From Takakia lepidozioides (Eukaryota > Plantae > Bryophyta), in contig CM060731.1 in the NCBI GenBank assembly GCA_030704615.1, forward strand, positions 88,412,001 through 88,476,000: 64,000 bases of DNA. Reading direction: 5' to 3'. Position 1 is the stretch's first letter. The number at the start of each line of letters is the position of its first letter. The notes under the pieces are model-generated. The model was given only the letters and a program-made list of their open reading frames with translations. It did not search any database and was not told the DNA's origin. The position numbers were made by a program, and so were the translations under genes. Shown here in pieces: positions 61,583 through 64,000 of this stretch.

Positions 61583-64000
61583 GTGACAAGTGGACGCATA
61601 ATAACTTCAGGAAAATGGCTGACGGAAGAGAAAACGGAAATTACTTTAAAAATAGACACGTGGAGGTCAGGGCGCGACACACAGCCGAGAAGGAAGTGCA
61701 AGAGCAGGTGTCAAAAAGGAAGAGGACAAGAACGGCCGTCAAAAGGGATGAAAGGCGGGCCCATTAATGAATACGGAAAAAGGGAAACGGAACGAACGGC
61801 AAGTACAGAAAAGCGGAATTCTTGTCACATGTGTGATCCTAGTGGACTATCCAACAGGGAAAGTCCACTAAAGAAAATAAAATCTAAAATCCAGTCACAG
61901 CGGATACAGCCAATAGAAAACCAGAGAAAGGATCAAGAAAATGGAGGGAAATTGAGCGCAAGAGGCGGCGTCGTTCTGAGTAACGGGCGTCTCGACGGGA
62001 CAGACCATCAATGCTATAGCTTGGAAAATATGGAGGAACTAACAGACTATACGCTCGCAATATTACTTACGCAGTGGCATAGACGCGAAAGGACAGAGAG
62101 GAGCTTTTCTCTTGAGCGATGCTTGCAAGCCCCGCAGGCTTACAAGAAATTACCCATAGCTTTCTGCGGCAACCATACGTTTATGCTTTGTGCACTACAG
62201 GCATTCCTGCAGTTGTTACAGCCAAAACAGTTCTGTGAGTCTAAAATGAAGAGAGTGAGAGGAATGGAGGAAATCAGGGTGAAGAGCACCACAATTCTGC
62301 AGAAACAAACGATTGCTACCCCACAGGCGATACAGATACTGGAGGAGCTGAGATTGCAAGGATTGCAAAGCCTAGATTGGACACTACACCATAGACAGTA
62401 CATGTTACAATTTTTGCAGAACTTTGAGCCAAGGACAGGAACAACAACGGTGAAGGGAGTTGAATTAATGATTACTCCCCTATACCTCCAGCAATTGTTT
62501 CGATTGCCAGCAGGTCAGGTGCATGTGGAGGAACACAGGGCAAGACTGCAAATAGGGGACTTATTCCAAGAAGGGAGTTTCTTAAAAACTCAGGGTTATG
62601 CTTGTACCAAGGCTGTGTACCCAGGGCTAAAAGAGGTAGGCCAGGTATTGAACGTTCTGATTGCCATGAAACAGAACCAACAGTATTTGAGCAGATCCTT
62701 CACGGAGGAAATACTCAAAGGCCTGAAGGGACAAGAGGTACAATGGGCGGACATTATGTACAACACACTGGTAGAGGAGATGAAAAGATTACAAGGTACT
62801 ACCGCAAAGTCTCCTATCATAGTGTCTGGCCCAATCATTGCTCAAATAATCCTTGATTCTGGCATACTTGATGCGCAAGAAAGAAAGGAAATGGGAGTGT
62901 TTGAGCCAGAAACAACTGCAATGGAAGAGCAAGGCTCTTCACACAGTGAGGGTGGACTAGCAGGGCAACCCGAGACTAAGAGGCAGAGACGGGGAAAGAC
63001 TGTAGTGGCGGATCCACTGGCTTCACGGACTCCGCATGATAATGTTTCCCAAGCTCATGGTCAGGAAGGGGCACAGCAGCATAGAGAAATGCTATTACTG
63101 GAAGCAGGACCTTCAGAGAGGGAGGAGAAAGTTACTTCTGTATCACAACCACCACAGCCAACTGATCGACTTGTCACAAGGTCACAAGTTATCCATGCAG
63201 CTCAACCAGAAATAATTGATTTGGAAAGAGAAGGGTTAGATATTCCAACTACAGAACAGATAGTGGCAGAAATGGAGAAGGGGGACCTTCTCTATGAATA
63301 TTCTGGTCTGGTCAGAGACAGAGATCCCAGAGGTGCAACAGTTGCCCAAGGGAAATCCTGAGGTGCATATAATACACACACCTGTGTTGGAGGTACCACA
63401 GGCGGAAGGTCATGACACTGTAGCACCGGTGATAGATGAAGTAGTTCAGGAAGAAAATCCGGTGGGACAATGGCCTGAATGGTTTGTGAGACATCACACT
63501 GTTGAAGATCAGGAGGAAGAGCAGCAACCTCACCATGATGACCCTCAACAGGCAATGCTGATGAGTTCCATAGGCAGGACACTTAATTTGTTGGGGACTT
63601 ATGTCAAATCCCATGTTCCAATTACCCAATTGACAGCCTTGAGAGAGGAACTCAGGAAGGAGTTTGAGGCTCGACTAGCCACTGAGTGTGCAAACAAGGT
63701 CGATGAAGAGGTCACTCTCAAGATGAAGCAGGACTTGGGAAATACAGAAATGGCTTTGCAATTGGCCAAGGAACAATTGATTGAGGCAGGCCTCGCGCAA
63801 GACCAGTTGCACGAAGCACATAAGCAACAGCTATACCAAATGCAGGTGCAGCATGAAAGCAAGTTGCAAGAAGTGAATGCACTACATACGGAGTTGCAGA
63901 CAGTGCATGACAGGATGGCGATACAATGTGCTACATTTACAACTATGCTTGACCAATCTACAAAAGAAATAAACAGTCAAGCGGAAAAATGTACGAAGGC
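61583..64000 (+). pseudogene. Extra 3' ORF of the Gypsy element (Athila/Tat-type accessory ORF); a frameshifted coiled-coil tail runs off the window
   Basis: 592-aa frame with QFLQNFEP...TVKGVELMITPLYLQQLFRLP, similar to accessory ORFs of plant non-chromoviral Gypsy elements; Glu/Gln/Leu-rich heptads from ~63630. Confidence 0.55.

Overview
Eukaryotic, TE-rich window from a land plant, probably a non-seed plant such as a bryophyte, lycophyte or fern (inferred from the KCBP sequence and TE types). There is one intact host gene: a 25-coding-exon kinesin-like calmodulin-binding protein (KCBP/ZWICHEL, 34422-50346, +). It is surrounded by four Ty3/Gypsy elements or fragments, LINE 3' fragments, a Harbinger relic (Myb/SANT ORF plus DDE transposase), a possible piggyBac relic and decayed OSB-type PDF repeats. 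Two things stand out. (1) At 1-7863 a spliced, decayed gene fuses a ParB/Srx-like domain to a bacterial-type beta-class amino-DNA-methyltransferase fold. It is associated with about 28 copies of a 22-bp palindrome (GGAAATGCGG-YR-CCGCATTTCC), mostly spaced at near-integer helical turns, and with a head-to-head pair of paralogous unknown ORFs centred on a hairpin that contains the same palindrome. This is a candidate ParB/parS-like mobile module in a plant. (2) The Gypsy element at 21970-29875 has a split-repeat end structure (A...PPT-B-TA-A-B, 4-bp TSD), as expected if a 2-LTR circle were opened at an internal palindrome. It also carries an extra 5' ORF, a TTTAAAC -1 frameshift site and a dUTPase-like domain. 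All calls come from reading the sequence; no searches were run.
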